Origin: Gemmatimonadaceae bacterium
GTDB taxonomy: Bacteria > Gemmatimonadota > Gemmatimonadetes > Gemmatimonadales > Gemmatimonadaceae
Length of the DNA: 64,000 nucleotides
Direction: 5' to 3'
NCBI GenBank assembly: GCA_044224875.1
Contig: JBGAJQ010000002.1
Location: forward strand, 152,185 to 216,184
The notes beneath the pieces were generated by a model. That model did not search any database. It had not been told where the DNA came from and saw only the letters and a program-made list of their open reading frames with translations. Below, piece after piece: positions 1-8,577 of the stretch. The position numbers and the translations under genes are program-made. The stretch's first letter is position 1. Each line of letters starts with the position of its first letter.

Positions 1-218
1 AGTGGCGGATACGTTGCGGGAAGTCCCGCCCCGTTGGCCTGGTGACAGGTCTGACAAACGATGTACTCGGTTGCGCCGTCAGGTCCGGCGGCCACCGCCG
101 GTGTTGAAGCTGGCGGAGTCGCCGTGGTGGCAGTATCGGTACGAGCGGTCTCGCCGCCTCCGCCACAGGCCAGGGAAGGGATCACGATGGAAAGCACGAC
201 AACGGAACGGAACGACAC
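1..218 (-). CDS. Class I cytochrome c lipoprotein, 5' part only (runs off the window start)
   Basis: Not in the ORF track. Manual translation from GTG at 218, with GGAG upstream, gives VSFRSVVVLSIVIPSLAC-GGGG...EYIVCQTCHQANGAGLPATYPP. It has a lipobox (LAC) and a CxxCH heme motif. Confidence 0.85.
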   Translation of the reverse strand, partial: MSFRSVVVLSIVIPSLACGGGGETARTDTATTATPPASTPAVAAGPDGATEYIVCQTCHQANGAGLPATYPP

Positions 219-262
219 GGCAGGGATCTCCGGAAAGGGGTGAACGAGGTACGACAGTTTGG

Positions 263-673
263 CTAGGGCTTGGCGACGCTGAACGAGAACTCGCCGCGCA
301 CCGGATGCCCGTCGCGAGACGCGGCGCGCCACTTCACGACGTAGCTGCCGGGTGCCAACGCGCCCGTGACGTCAGCGAGGAGCAGGGTGGCATCGGGTCC
401 CTCGTTGCGCGCCTTGCTCATGGCCACGGACGTGCCACCGGCGGCTTCGAGTGTGATGCTGCTGACGGCGACTGTCACGTCTTCGGAAAACCAGAGCTTG
501 ATGGCCTTGGGGGCGATGGTCACGGCGCTGTCCTTGGCGGGCTCTGACTTCACAAGGCGCAAGTGAAAGGGGGCGAACCCTCCGTCCATAGGCGCAGCTG
601 ACGAATGACGGGCCGTGGGTAGCGAAATCGTGGTGGCAAGTGAGAGCAACAGCAGGGGAACGGAGCGGACCAT
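263..673 (-). CDS. copC: CopC-family periplasmic copper-binding protein
   Basis: Signal peptide, then H-L-R-L-V-K-S-E-P, LWFSE and YVVKWRAASRDGHPVRGEFSFSV, which are CopC hallmarks. Sits in a copper operon. Confidence 0.9.
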   Translation of the reverse strand: MVRSVPLLLLSLATTISLPTARHSSAAPMDGGFAPFHLRLVKSEPAKDSAVTIAPKAIKLWFSEDVTVAVSSITLEAAGGTSVAMSKARNEGPDATLLLADVTGALAPGSYVVKWRAASRDGHPVRGEFSFSVAKP

Positions 674-712
674 GGCAGGAAACTCCAGAGATGGCTTGAG
701 TGTGTTGGTGCG

Positions 713-1897
713 TCAGCGGGAGCCAGGTGCGGCGTGGGGCAGGAAGGGGTTGGAGAATCGAGGATCGGTGACGAACGCAGAGTCGGTGAGGCTGTTAAGG
801 AATGCGAGGACGTCACGGCGCTCCGACGGACTCAGCACGAATCCCTTCACAAAGCCGCTCTTGAACGGATTTCGACGACCGACGCCAGCCAGCGGCCCTC
901 CGACAATCGTTCGTCCGCCAGCGGCATAGTGCGCAATCACGCCGTCGAGCGTCGGAATGCTTCCGTCGTGCATGTACGGCGCGGTCAGGGCGATGTTCCG
1001 CAACGTCGGTGCCTTGAAGCGGCCCATGTCCGCGGGGCGTTCTGTGTGCTCCTTGATTCCAACGTTGTCAGCGGGATAGGCACCACTTCCATGCAGGTTG
1101 TAGAGTCCGGTGTTGTGGAACTCGACCTCAACAAAGCCCTTGCCGACGTAGTCCACCGTATTCGTCAGGTTGAACCCTCCGTGGCAATGGAAGCACTCCA
1201 GTCGTTCGGAGAAAAACAGGGATTCCCCACGTCGCGCCGAACGAGAGATGGCGGTGGAGTCTCCCTGCCGGAAGCGGTCGTACGGCGATGTCCCCGAGAT
1301 CAGCGTCCGCTCGAACGAGGCGATGGCCTTGGTCACCTGATCGAGCGTTGGCGACGCCGCACCCGGGAACGACTCCCGGAACAGGCGCTGATAGAGCGTG
1401 TCAGCTGACAGTCTCGCCAGCATCTCCTTGTCTTTCCCCGCCAGCCCCAACTCCACTGGAGTCTCGCCAAACATGGGCACAAGCGCCTGCGCCTCGAGGG
1501 ACCGCTGGTTCGGATTTGCCCAGGTGAGGACCGGTGCGAACGCGATGTTGGTGAGCCCCATGGAATTCCGGGGGTGCACCTGCCCCGTGGATCCCACCGC
1601 CAGCGGTAGGGCGTCGGCAAAGGCGCGTTCCTGCTTGTGGCAGTTCGCGCAAGCAAACGTCCCGTTGCCCGACAGGCGGGTGTCGTAGAACAGGCGACGA
1701 CCCAGTTCGACCTTGATGGTCGACATCGGATTGTCGGCTGGCACCTTGGGTTGGGGAATCCCGGGTGGAAGGCGCCAGACGTATGGCTCATCGGCACGCG
1801 TCGTGTGCACGTTGGCACGTCCGGTCGCCGAACCGATCGTGAACGCGGTGGCGCCAGTGGCCAAGGCGGGCCACAGGTGCACCCACCGAATACTCAT
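713..1897 (-). CDS. mbnH: MbnH-family di-heme enzyme (bCcP/MauG superfamily)
   Basis: Two CxxCH motifs (CANCH, CFHCH), PKVPADNPMS, FKAPTLRNIALTAPYMHDGS. Overlaps the stop of the mbnP-like gene by 4 nt. Confidence 0.88.
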   Translation of the reverse strand: MSIRWVHLWPALATGATAFTIGSATGRANVHTTRADEPYVWRLPPGIPQPKVPADNPMSTIKVELGRRLFYDTRLSGNGTFACANCHKQERAFADALPLAVGSTGQVHPRNSMGLTNIAFAPVLTWANPNQRSLEAQALVPMFGETPVELGLAGKDKEMLARLSADTLYQRLFRESFPGAASPTLDQVTKAIASFERTLISGTSPYDRFRQGDSTAISRSARRGESLFFSERLECFHCHGGFNLTNTVDYVGKGFVEVEFHNTGLYNLHGSGAYPADNVGIKEHTERPADMGRFKAPTLRNIALTAPYMHDGSIPTLDGVIAHYAAGGRTIVGGPLAGVGRRNPFKSGFVKGFVLSPSERRDVLAFLNSLTDSAFVTDPRFSNPFLPHAAPGSR

Positions 1898-2787
1898 GGC
1901 GTGGCTCCGCTCGGCCGTTTCCGGAATGTGGTTTGCGCGTGTGCTCCCTGCTCACGGAACGGCAGGCCTAACGCGGCAAAGAGCGGCGCGCAGTCGCCAT
2001 CCTGCTGGCCGGACATGCACCCGGCGGCCGTCTTTGGCTGGTTCACCGACACATTGGCGCGCGCGAGCAGCCGCCCCAGGTCAAACACGACTTCATCGCG
2101 TGAGAGCGAGAAGTCGCTCAGCTCAATCGTCGGCCGGTTCGGAAAGGTGCACTGCGTGGGAATGGTGCTGGCGCTCCCGTCGGGTGTGCACCCGGTGCTG
2201 CCAAGGTGCACCATCCAGAACGACTTCAGTCCGGTTTGCAGGTCCACGCGCATGAACTTGTGGCCGGAATTCCAAGCCCAGAACATGGCCGTGAGCGAAA
2301 GCGGCGACGGTTGCGTGGCCAAGTCCAGGTGATTTCGCTCGAACGGCACGCCAATCGTGAAGCGCACCCCGGCATAGTCGCCAACCGGTACCGTGCCTTC
2401 GACGACATTCCGCGTCTGTGGGGTGCCGTTCTCGCACGGGCCACCCCCGTTCTCGAAATCGAGCAGGGCAATGTTCTCGAATTGCCACAAGCTGTCTTGC
2501 GTCAGGCTCAACGGAACGTCGGAGCCGTCCGCACGCACGAGCCTCACATCATGAACGAAGAACCGCATGTCGGTGGGCGTGATGCGGGCCTTGGTCACGC
2601 CAATCTTGGCGTACGAGCCACCGCAGGAAAACGGCGTTTCCCCCACCTCAGCGGCGAATCGAAGTCGAACCGTTTGGATGGCGACGGAATCCGTAGTGGC
2701 GGTCGCCGGCGCAGAACGCGGCGTGTCGAACGATGCGTGGAAACCGACGCCCAATGCGGCGCCGAGAAGTGCAAAGCGAACAAACAT
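1894..2787 (-). CDS. mbnP: MbnP-family copper-binding protein (metallo-mystery-pair, Cys-rich type)
   Basis: DMRFFVHDVRL, LLDFENG, MFWAWNSGHKF (WxW motif), HLGSTGC, GCMS. ATG at 2787 follows GGGAG. Confidence 0.88.
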   Translation of the reverse strand: MFVRFALLGAALGVGFHASFDTPRSAPATATTDSVAIQTVRLRFAAEVGETPFSCGGSYAKIGVTKARITPTDMRFFVHDVRLVRADGSDVPLSLTQDSLWQFENIALLDFENGGGPCENGTPQTRNVVEGTVPVGDYAGVRFTIGVPFERNHLDLATQPSPLSLTAMFWAWNSGHKFMRVDLQTGLKSFWMVHLGSTGCTPDGSASTIPTQCTFPNRPTIELSDFSLSRDEVVFDLGRLLARANVSVNQPKTAAGCMSGQQDGDCAPLFAALGLPFREQGAHAQTTFRKRPSGATP

Positions 2788-2890
2788 GTCGTCTCCCGAG
2801 AGCGCCCACGATGCCGTGCCCAGTCGCAACCGACGTTGCGACTGACGAGGCGTGGGACTGAGGTCGTTTGTACGGCGTCCACCAGACGAA

Positions 2891-2948
2891 TCGCGTGTCG
2901 CCGCTGGCGACCAACGCGACCGTTTCGCTCATGCCAAGGCACGAGCGA
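2891..2948 (-). promoter_or_regulatory. Two adjacent stem-loops between the leader ORF and mbnP
   Basis: tcgcgt-gtcgcc/ggcgac-acgcga at 2891-2919 and tcgctc-tgcc/ggca-gagcga at 2925-2948. The mismatch in the second stem is a G-U pair only on the minus strand. Confidence 0.5.
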
Positions 2949-2960
2949 CTCTAGGTCTGG

Positions 2961-3323
2961 TCAGGCGGGCGGTGGGCCGTTCGCGAACGGGAGCTCGTGA
3001 GCCTGCCGGCTCTGGATGAGCAGGCCGACGAGCGGACGCGGCGCTTGGACAACACGCACCACTGGGGAGACGACGAGCGTCGCCGCTCGCGGCAGGATGA
3101 CCCGAGCCACACCGCAGCAGTCCCCGGCGCAGCGGCACGGATGCTGGGTGGTCTTGTCTGGGACGTGCGCTCCCGCCCCATGATGCTCGTGCGCGGCGAC
3201 CGGTGTGGGCCGGGACGCCCCATGCAGAGCACACTCGTGGACGCGCGCCTGCTCCCGCCAGCCGAACAACAGCAAGAGGGCGATGAGCCAACGGCCCAAC
3301 GCGAGGGAGGCATGGTGGCGCAC
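2961..3323 (-). CDS. Small exported Cys/His-rich protein, DUF2946/CruR/CutF-like leader
   Basis: Hydrophobic N-terminus, HECALH, HEHH, CRCAGDCC and a C-terminal LPFANGPPPA. First gene of the copper operon. Confidence 0.7.
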   Translation of the reverse strand: MRHHASLALGRWLIALLLLFGWREQARVHECALHGASRPTPVAAHEHHGAGAHVPDKTTQHPCRCAGDCCGVARVILPRAATLVVSPVVRVVQAPRPLVGLLIQSRQAHELPFANGPPPA

Positions 3324-3541
3324 GAACCAAAAATATCAGGGTGTCAGAGCTGCGCCAGATCACCCCTGCGCCGGCCAATGCACCTCCAGCTTGCCCAGCA
3401 GTTGAGGGCAGAACACGAACGATGGAGCGGGGGGAGCCCACTCCGCGCCGGGTCCACGATCGGGCACTGTTGTGGGGACGAATACCGAGGTAGCGAAACC
3501 TTTCCACCCGCGCCCACGTATACTTCCGTGGCACTACTATT

Positions 3542-3919
3542 GTGAACGAGGTATCTACAGAGGGGGATCAGGTGGAACTACGTCGAGAACTCATGCGTGG
3601 CGCTGGCCCGGCAGCAGTCCTTCAGCTGCTCAAGCGACGCGAGATGTATGGGTACGAACTTGCCGAGGCGCTCGGCGAGCGCTCGGACGGGGTTCTGGCC
3701 ATGGGGCAATCGACCCTGTACCCCCTACTCTATGGACTAGAGTCCAAGCGGCTGGTGGCCAGCCGTTGGGTTGAACTCAAGTCCGGACGAAAGCGACGGT
3801 ACTATCGACTAACGGACGCCGGTGCCGCCGAGCTCAAGGAGCACCGTGCCCGATGGCAGGAGCTGTTCGAAGCGATGGTGAACCTGGGCCTCGTCACTCC
3901 AATTCCCGCTGAGGGCTGA
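3542..3919 (+). CDS. PadR-family transcriptional regulator
   Basis: MYGYEL, TLYPLLYGLE, RRYYRLTDAG. The start could be GTG 3572 instead. Confidence 0.92.
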   Translation: MNEVSTEGDQVELRRELMRGAGPAAVLQLLKRREMYGYELAEALGERSDGVLAMGQSTLYPLLYGLESKRLVASRWVELKSGRKRRYYRLTDAGAAELKEHRARWQELFEAMVNLGLVTPIPAEG

Positions 3920-3921
3920 AC

Positions 3922-6684
3922 ATGCGTGACAAGGACGGCGCGCTCACTGGGCGGCTTGCCCGGTTGGAGCTGGAGCGTAAGGCACGCGCATTGGGGCTTC
4001 CCGAGTTGCTGGCGAAACGTGTCGCCGACGTGGTGGTGGCGAGCGAGCTGGACGACGATCGTCGTGCCGAAGTCTTTCGGGAAATGGTCGGTCACTTCGA
4101 AGATGGTCTGGCGTCGGGTCGTTCGCCTGAGGACTTGGCACGCTCGTTTGGTGATGGGAGAGAGGCGGCGCGGCTCATCCGTGTGGAGAAGCGTGTGGTG
4201 ACGCCCGAGGAGTTTGGCGGGACGGGGGCACGCGAGTCGTACCTGGCGCGATTGGCTCGCGACCTGCGCTACGCGGTTCGCCGACTGGCTGCGCGGCCGA
4301 TGTTCACGGCGATTGCCGTGCTGTCGCTGGCGATCGGCATTGGTGCGAACGCGGCGATGTTCACGCTCGTGAATGAGGTGATCCTGCGTCGGCCGCCGCT
4401 GGAACGCCCGGAGGAGCTGGTCGACATCTTTCGATCGAGCCAGGACAGTCCGTTCGAGCCGGTCTCATATCCCGAGTATCTCGACGTGGTCGAGCGAGGA
4501 GATGTATTCGCCTCGGCGGCGGGGACACGGCTTGCCTACACCGTCAGGATCAACGGAGATCGCGCTGACCGCATTGCGGTCCAGCTGGTCAGCGGCAACT
4601 ACTTCCAGACACTCGGCTTGCGACCGGCGCTGGGCCGCCTCCTACAGCCCGATGACGCAGACGCGCCAGGCAAGAGTCCGGTGGTGGTGCTGACCGACCG
4701 CTATTGGCGCAAGGCGTTCAATGCCGATCCTGCGGTCATCGGCAAGACCGTGCATCTCAGTGGCGGTGAGTATACGATCATCGGCGTTACGCGACCCGAT
4801 TTTCCCAGCGGGTTTCCGACGCTCGGCATCGAGTTGTTTGCCCCGATCACGATGGTAGAGCTGTTGATGCCGTCGAACAGCGGCGAGCTGCAAAGCCGTC
4901 ACGAAAATTCGACGTTCATTCGAGCACGTCTTCGTGCGGGGGCTACGCTTGCACAGGCGAGAGCGTCACTCGCGTCGTTAGGCCGTACGCTGCATGAGCG
5001 TAAGGAGGTCGGCTGGGAAGGAGCGGCGACGGCGTATACGGTTCTTCCCACCCGGGACGTGATCCTGTACCCACCGATCGATCGTCTGCTGCGTCCCGTT
5101 TCGTGGGTGATGATGGGTGTAGTGGGGATGGTGCTTCTGATCGCGTGTGCGAATCTCGCGGGGTTCCTGTTGGCGCGTGCGGTGGACCGTCGAAAGGAAG
5201 TGGCGGTTCGCCTTGCGCTTGGGGCCACGCGGGGGCGGCTGGTGATGCAGCTGTTGGTCGAGACCTTGCTGCTGGCGGGTGCAGGCGGGGTCGTTGGCCT
5301 GGTTCTGGGTCGGGCGGTGCTCAAGGGAATCCTCGCCGCGGACCTCCCAATCCCGGTCCCACTCGGGATGGACCTCACGTTGGATGCGCGGGTCCTCGTC
5401 TTTCTGATCCTGATCTCGATCATGGCGGGAATCGTCTTTGGCCTTGCGCCAGCGTTGCAGTCGACACGGTTGGAGCTGGCGTCGGTGATTCGGGAGGAAG
5501 CAACCGGTGGAGGGCGCGGCAAGGGATGGTTGCGGCAGGCTTTGGTTGTGGGTCAGGTCACGGTGTCGGTTGTCCTGCTGATTGCTGCGGGGTTGTTCGT
5601 GCGCAGCGTGCAGTCCCTGCGCAGCGTTGATCCAGGCTTTGGACACGAGCCGGCCGCGATGGTGTGGCTCGGCATGCCTGCCACGCAGACTGTCGAAGAA
5701 GCGGGGCGCCGGTTGGACGTGATGGTCCGCCGGCTGTCGTTGCGGCCGGAAGTGAAAGCCGTTGGGTTGATCGACAACATTCACCTCAATCTGCTGAGTT
5801 TCATGTCCACCAGCGTGAATGTCGACGGTGTGCAGCCGCCGGCCGGCGAGGTGGCCTACAGTATCAGCCGGGCGTCGATTGACACAGGTTTTATTGGAGC
5901 TGCCGGCCTACACCTGCTGGCGGGCCGCAATTTCACCCTCGCTGACGCGGACACCACAAGGCGCGTGGCGATCGTGAATCAGGCATTCGCCGAGAAGTTT
6001 TGGCCGGGGCTGGATGCGGTCGGACGGCGCTATCGCTCAGGCGACGGACGCGAGACGGAGATCGTCGGGGTTGTGAACACGGCGAAGATCAGGACACTGT
6101 CCGAACCGCCGCGCCCCCTTGTCTACACGCCGCTGCGCGACCACTCAACGGTTTGGCTGCTGGTCCGCGGTTCGCCAAATGCGGAGGCGCAGTTGGCCAG
6201 TACGCTGCGCATCGTCCGCGAGGTGACACCGGATGTGATGCTGATGGAGGCGCGGACCATGGCGCGACACCTGGACATCATGTCGTTGCCGCTCAAGCTC
6301 GGGGCGAACGCGCTGGGTGCGTTTGCCTTCGTGGCGTTGCTGCTGGCGAGCATCGGCCTGTACGGGACCGTCAGCTACTCTGTGGCACAACGATCGCGGG
6401 AGGTGGGGATTCGGCTCTCCCTGGGCGCCACGGCGTCCGGCGTGATTCGGTTGTTACTCTGGGACGGGGTCCGCCTGGTGCTCTTTGGCGCGGCCGCCGG
6501 CGTGGTGCTCGGACTTCTGTTCGGCCGCGCGTTAGAGGGGCTCCTGTATGGGGTGACGGCGCTGGATCCGGTGGCCCTGGCAACGGTCCCGATGGTGCTG
6601 GTGCTCGTGGCACTGGTTGCCGCGTATGTGCCGGCCCGGCGTGCGGGCCGTATCGACCCAGTAATCGCTATCAAGAGCGAGTAG
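3922..6684 (+). CDS. ADOP-type duplicated MacB/FtsX ABC permease with an N-terminal PadR-associated prefix domain
   Basis: RDLRYAVRRL, LSLAIGIGANAAMF, LLIACANLAG, and two E-[VI]-x-[VI]-R-L-x-L-G-A motifs. Starts 2 nt after padR. Confidence 0.92.
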   Translation: MRDKDGALTGRLARLELERKARALGLPELLAKRVADVVVASELDDDRRAEVFREMVGHFEDGLASGRSPEDLARSFGDGREAARLIRVEKRVVTPEEFGGTGARESYLARLARDLRYAVRRLAARPMFTAIAVLSLAIGIGANAAMFTLVNEVILRRPPLERPEELVDIFRSSQDSPFEPVSYPEYLDVVERGDVFASAAGTRLAYTVRINGDRADRIAVQLVSGNYFQTLGLRPALGRLLQPDDADAPGKSPVVVLTDRYWRKAFNADPAVIGKTVHLSGGEYTIIGVTRPDFPSGFPTLGIELFAPITMVELLMPSNSGELQSRHENSTFIRARLRAGATLAQARASLASLGRTLHERKEVGWEGAATAYTVLPTRDVILYPPIDRLLRPVSWVMMGVVGMVLLIACANLAGFLLARAVDRRKEVAVRLALGATRGRLVMQLLVETLLLAGAGGVVGLVLGRAVLKGILAADLPIPVPLGMDLTLDARVLVFLILISIMAGIVFGLAPALQSTRLELASVIREEATGGGRGKGWLRQALVVGQVTVSVVLLIAAGLFVRSVQSLRSVDPGFGHEPAAMVWLGMPATQTVEEAGRRLDVMVRRLSLRPEVKAVGLIDNIHLNLLSFMSTSVNVDGVQPPAGEVAYSISRASIDTGFIGAAGLHLLAGRNFTLADADTTRRVAIVNQAFAEKFWPGLDAVGRRYRSGDGRETEIVGVVNTAKIRTLSEPPRPLVYTPLRDHSTVWLLVRGSPNAEAQLASTLRIVREVTPDVMLMEARTMARHLDIMSLPLKLGANALGAFAFVALLLASIGLYGTVSYSVAQRSREVGIRLSLGATASGVIRLLLWDGVRLVLFGAAAGVVLGLLFGRALEGLLYGVTALDPVALATVPMVLVLVALVAAYVPARRAGRIDPVIAIKSE

Positions 6685-6827
6685 CCGATACCAACCTGGT
6701 GGTCCTCTCGTGTAACGGATTCTGCACGGCGCGGCAGAACGGCCGCGCCGAATGTACGTTGATGGTCCGCAAGCCTCGTCAACTGGACCGGTCGGACGAT
6801 CGACCGATTTTGCGTTAGTGACCCGCC

Positions 6828-7412
6828 ATGCGCGATCGAACGTACAACGTCCTGATCCTCTGCACGGGCAACTCCGCCAGGAGCATCCTGGGCGAGGTGC
6901 TCGTCAACCACTTGGGTGGCGGTCGGTTCGTTGGGTTCAGCGCCGGAAGCCACCCCAAGGGCGAGGTGCACCCGGACGCGTTGGAGCTGATACGATCGCT
7001 CGGTTGGTCGACGCAAGGGTTGCGGAGCAAGAGCTGGGACGAGTTTGCTGTTCCTGGCGCTCCCGCGATGGACTTTGTGATCACGGTGTGCGACAACGCG
7101 GCAGGCGAGTCTTGTCCGGTGTGGCTCGGTCAGCCGATGCGAGCGCACTGGGGGGTCCCCGATCCTGCGGCAGTCGGGGATGCAGGGCGCAGGAAGCAGG
7201 CGTTCCGGGAGGCGTTCGATGTCTTGTCCGCACGCATCCGCGCCTTGACGACGCTCTACCCGGATCGGCTGGACACCGCTGCGCTCCAAGCACGCCTCCA
7301 TGAGATCGGCGTAATTGGAGCTGACGGCACAGAGAATCTTCTGATTCTTACGTTTGGCCATCGTTCAGCGGTCATCGCACGTTCGTCACGGCATCGGGCT
7401 GTGGACCGGTGA
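6828..7412 (+). CDS. arsC: Arsenate reductase, LMW-PTP (thioredoxin-coupled) family
   Basis: CTGNSARS P-loop, SAGSHP, ITVCDNAAGESCPVW, HWGVPDP. The last ~35 aa look like a non-homologous read-through tail. Confidence 0.9.
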   Translation: MRDRTYNVLILCTGNSARSILGEVLVNHLGGGRFVGFSAGSHPKGEVHPDALELIRSLGWSTQGLRSKSWDEFAVPGAPAMDFVITVCDNAAGESCPVWLGQPMRAHWGVPDPAAVGDAGRRKQAFREAFDVLSARIRALTTLYPDRLDTAALQARLHEIGVIGADGTENLLILTFGHRSAVIARSSRHRAVDR

Positions 7413-7701
7413 ATTCGCCGCCACCTTCGCCCTGCTGGCAGTGATCTGGAGTGCGCGCAAGCATCACCCAGCGCTCATGCCATTCGCGGTAGCCGCGTCA
7501 ATCGGAAGTGCCTACTGGTTCACATCATCCACATCGTTTGCCAATCCCGCTGTCACGCTGGCGCGGGCTTTCAGTAACACGTTCGCCGGCATTCGACCTG
7601 ACGATGTACCGGCATTCGTGGTGGCGCAGATTCTCGGTGCGATGTCGGCAACCCTGCTCGCGGCGTGGTTCGACTCGGATCGCGCGGTGCCGGCCGAGTA
7701 A
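7354..7701 (+). pseudogene. C-terminal half of an AqpS-like MIP channel (5'-truncated)
   Basis: GEFAATFALL...AYWFTSSTSFANPAVTLARAFSNTFAGIRP...AQILGA. Only the second NPA is present, and there is an in-frame TGA upstream at 7342. Confidence 0.75.
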
Positions 7702-7872
7702 GCGCACCGACGTCTGGAAGGCGGATTGCCCTTGCCCAGGAGTGCCGCTGGGCGAAACGGCCGATGGGAGGCGTCGTGTTGTCACAGGCCCCCGGAGGAT
7801 CCGACGTGGTCAGCCGGTTCCGATGGGGATCTGGCGATCTACACAGACCTTGTTCGAAGTATCTTGCCTTCC

Positions 7873-8577
7873 GTGAGCCCATTCCCCTCAACGCGCGTTT
7901 CCATCGTGGCTGACCTTCGCAGCGACGACAGCACCGTGCGCGAACGCGCCACGGAGCTGGTGGCGCGCGCCTATCGCGAGCCGATCATCTCGGTGTTGCA
8001 ACACCGATGGGCGTTGGGGCGCGAAGACGCCGAAGATCTCACACATGACTTCTTTCATCACGCGCTGTCCAAGGAGTGGCTGCAACGCTTTGACCCTTCG
8101 CGCGGTCGCTTCCGGAGCTTTCTTCGCTCGTGCCTGTTTGCGTACGCCAGTACCGCGCATGAAGCTGGGGCGCGTCTGAAGCGCGGCGGCGGATCGCACC
8201 AAGTGTCACTCTCGGATATCGGCGCTGACGCCGCGACGACGCCCGATGTCGACGCCTTGTTCGATCGCGAGTGGGCGCGCGCGGTACTGGAGTTGTCATT
8301 GGAGGCGCTGCAGCGTGAGTGCGAGCGCGAGGGGCGTGGGCAAGCGCTGGAAGTATTTCTCGCGCGCGACGTAGAAGGGGCCGATCTCGAGTCGCCCCCG
8401 AGCTATCAAGACCTGGCCGATCGCTTTGCGATATCGCCGTCCCAGGTGACGAACTACCTGAACTGGGCACGCCGTCGGTTTCGTCACCACGTGCTGGAGA
8501 CCCTCCGATCGCTGACCGGCACGGATGAGGAATTCCGCGAGGAAGCGCGCTCACTTCTTGGAGTCGACCACACGTGA
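7873..8577 (+). CDS. ECF sigma-70 factor of the kinase-associated type
   Basis: FPSTRVS N-terminus, DAEDLTHDFF, GRFRSFL, KRGGG, FDREWA and a region-4 HTH. GTG 7873 preferred over 7726. Confidence 0.85.
   Translation: MSPFPSTRVSIVADLRSDDSTVRERATELVARAYREPIISVLQHRWALGREDAEDLTHDFFHHALSKEWLQRFDPSRGRFRSFLRSCLFAYASTAHEAGARLKRGGGSHQVSLSDIGADAATTPDVDALFDREWARAVLELSLEALQRECEREGRGQALEVFLARDVEGADLESPPSYQDLADRFAISPSQVTNYLNWARRRFRHHVLETLRSLTGTDEEFREEARSLLGVDHT

Noticed and set aside
713..2787. Methanobactin biosynthetic cluster
   Set aside because: No mbnA, mbnB or mbnC-like genes are visible. MbnPH pairs are known to occur independently.
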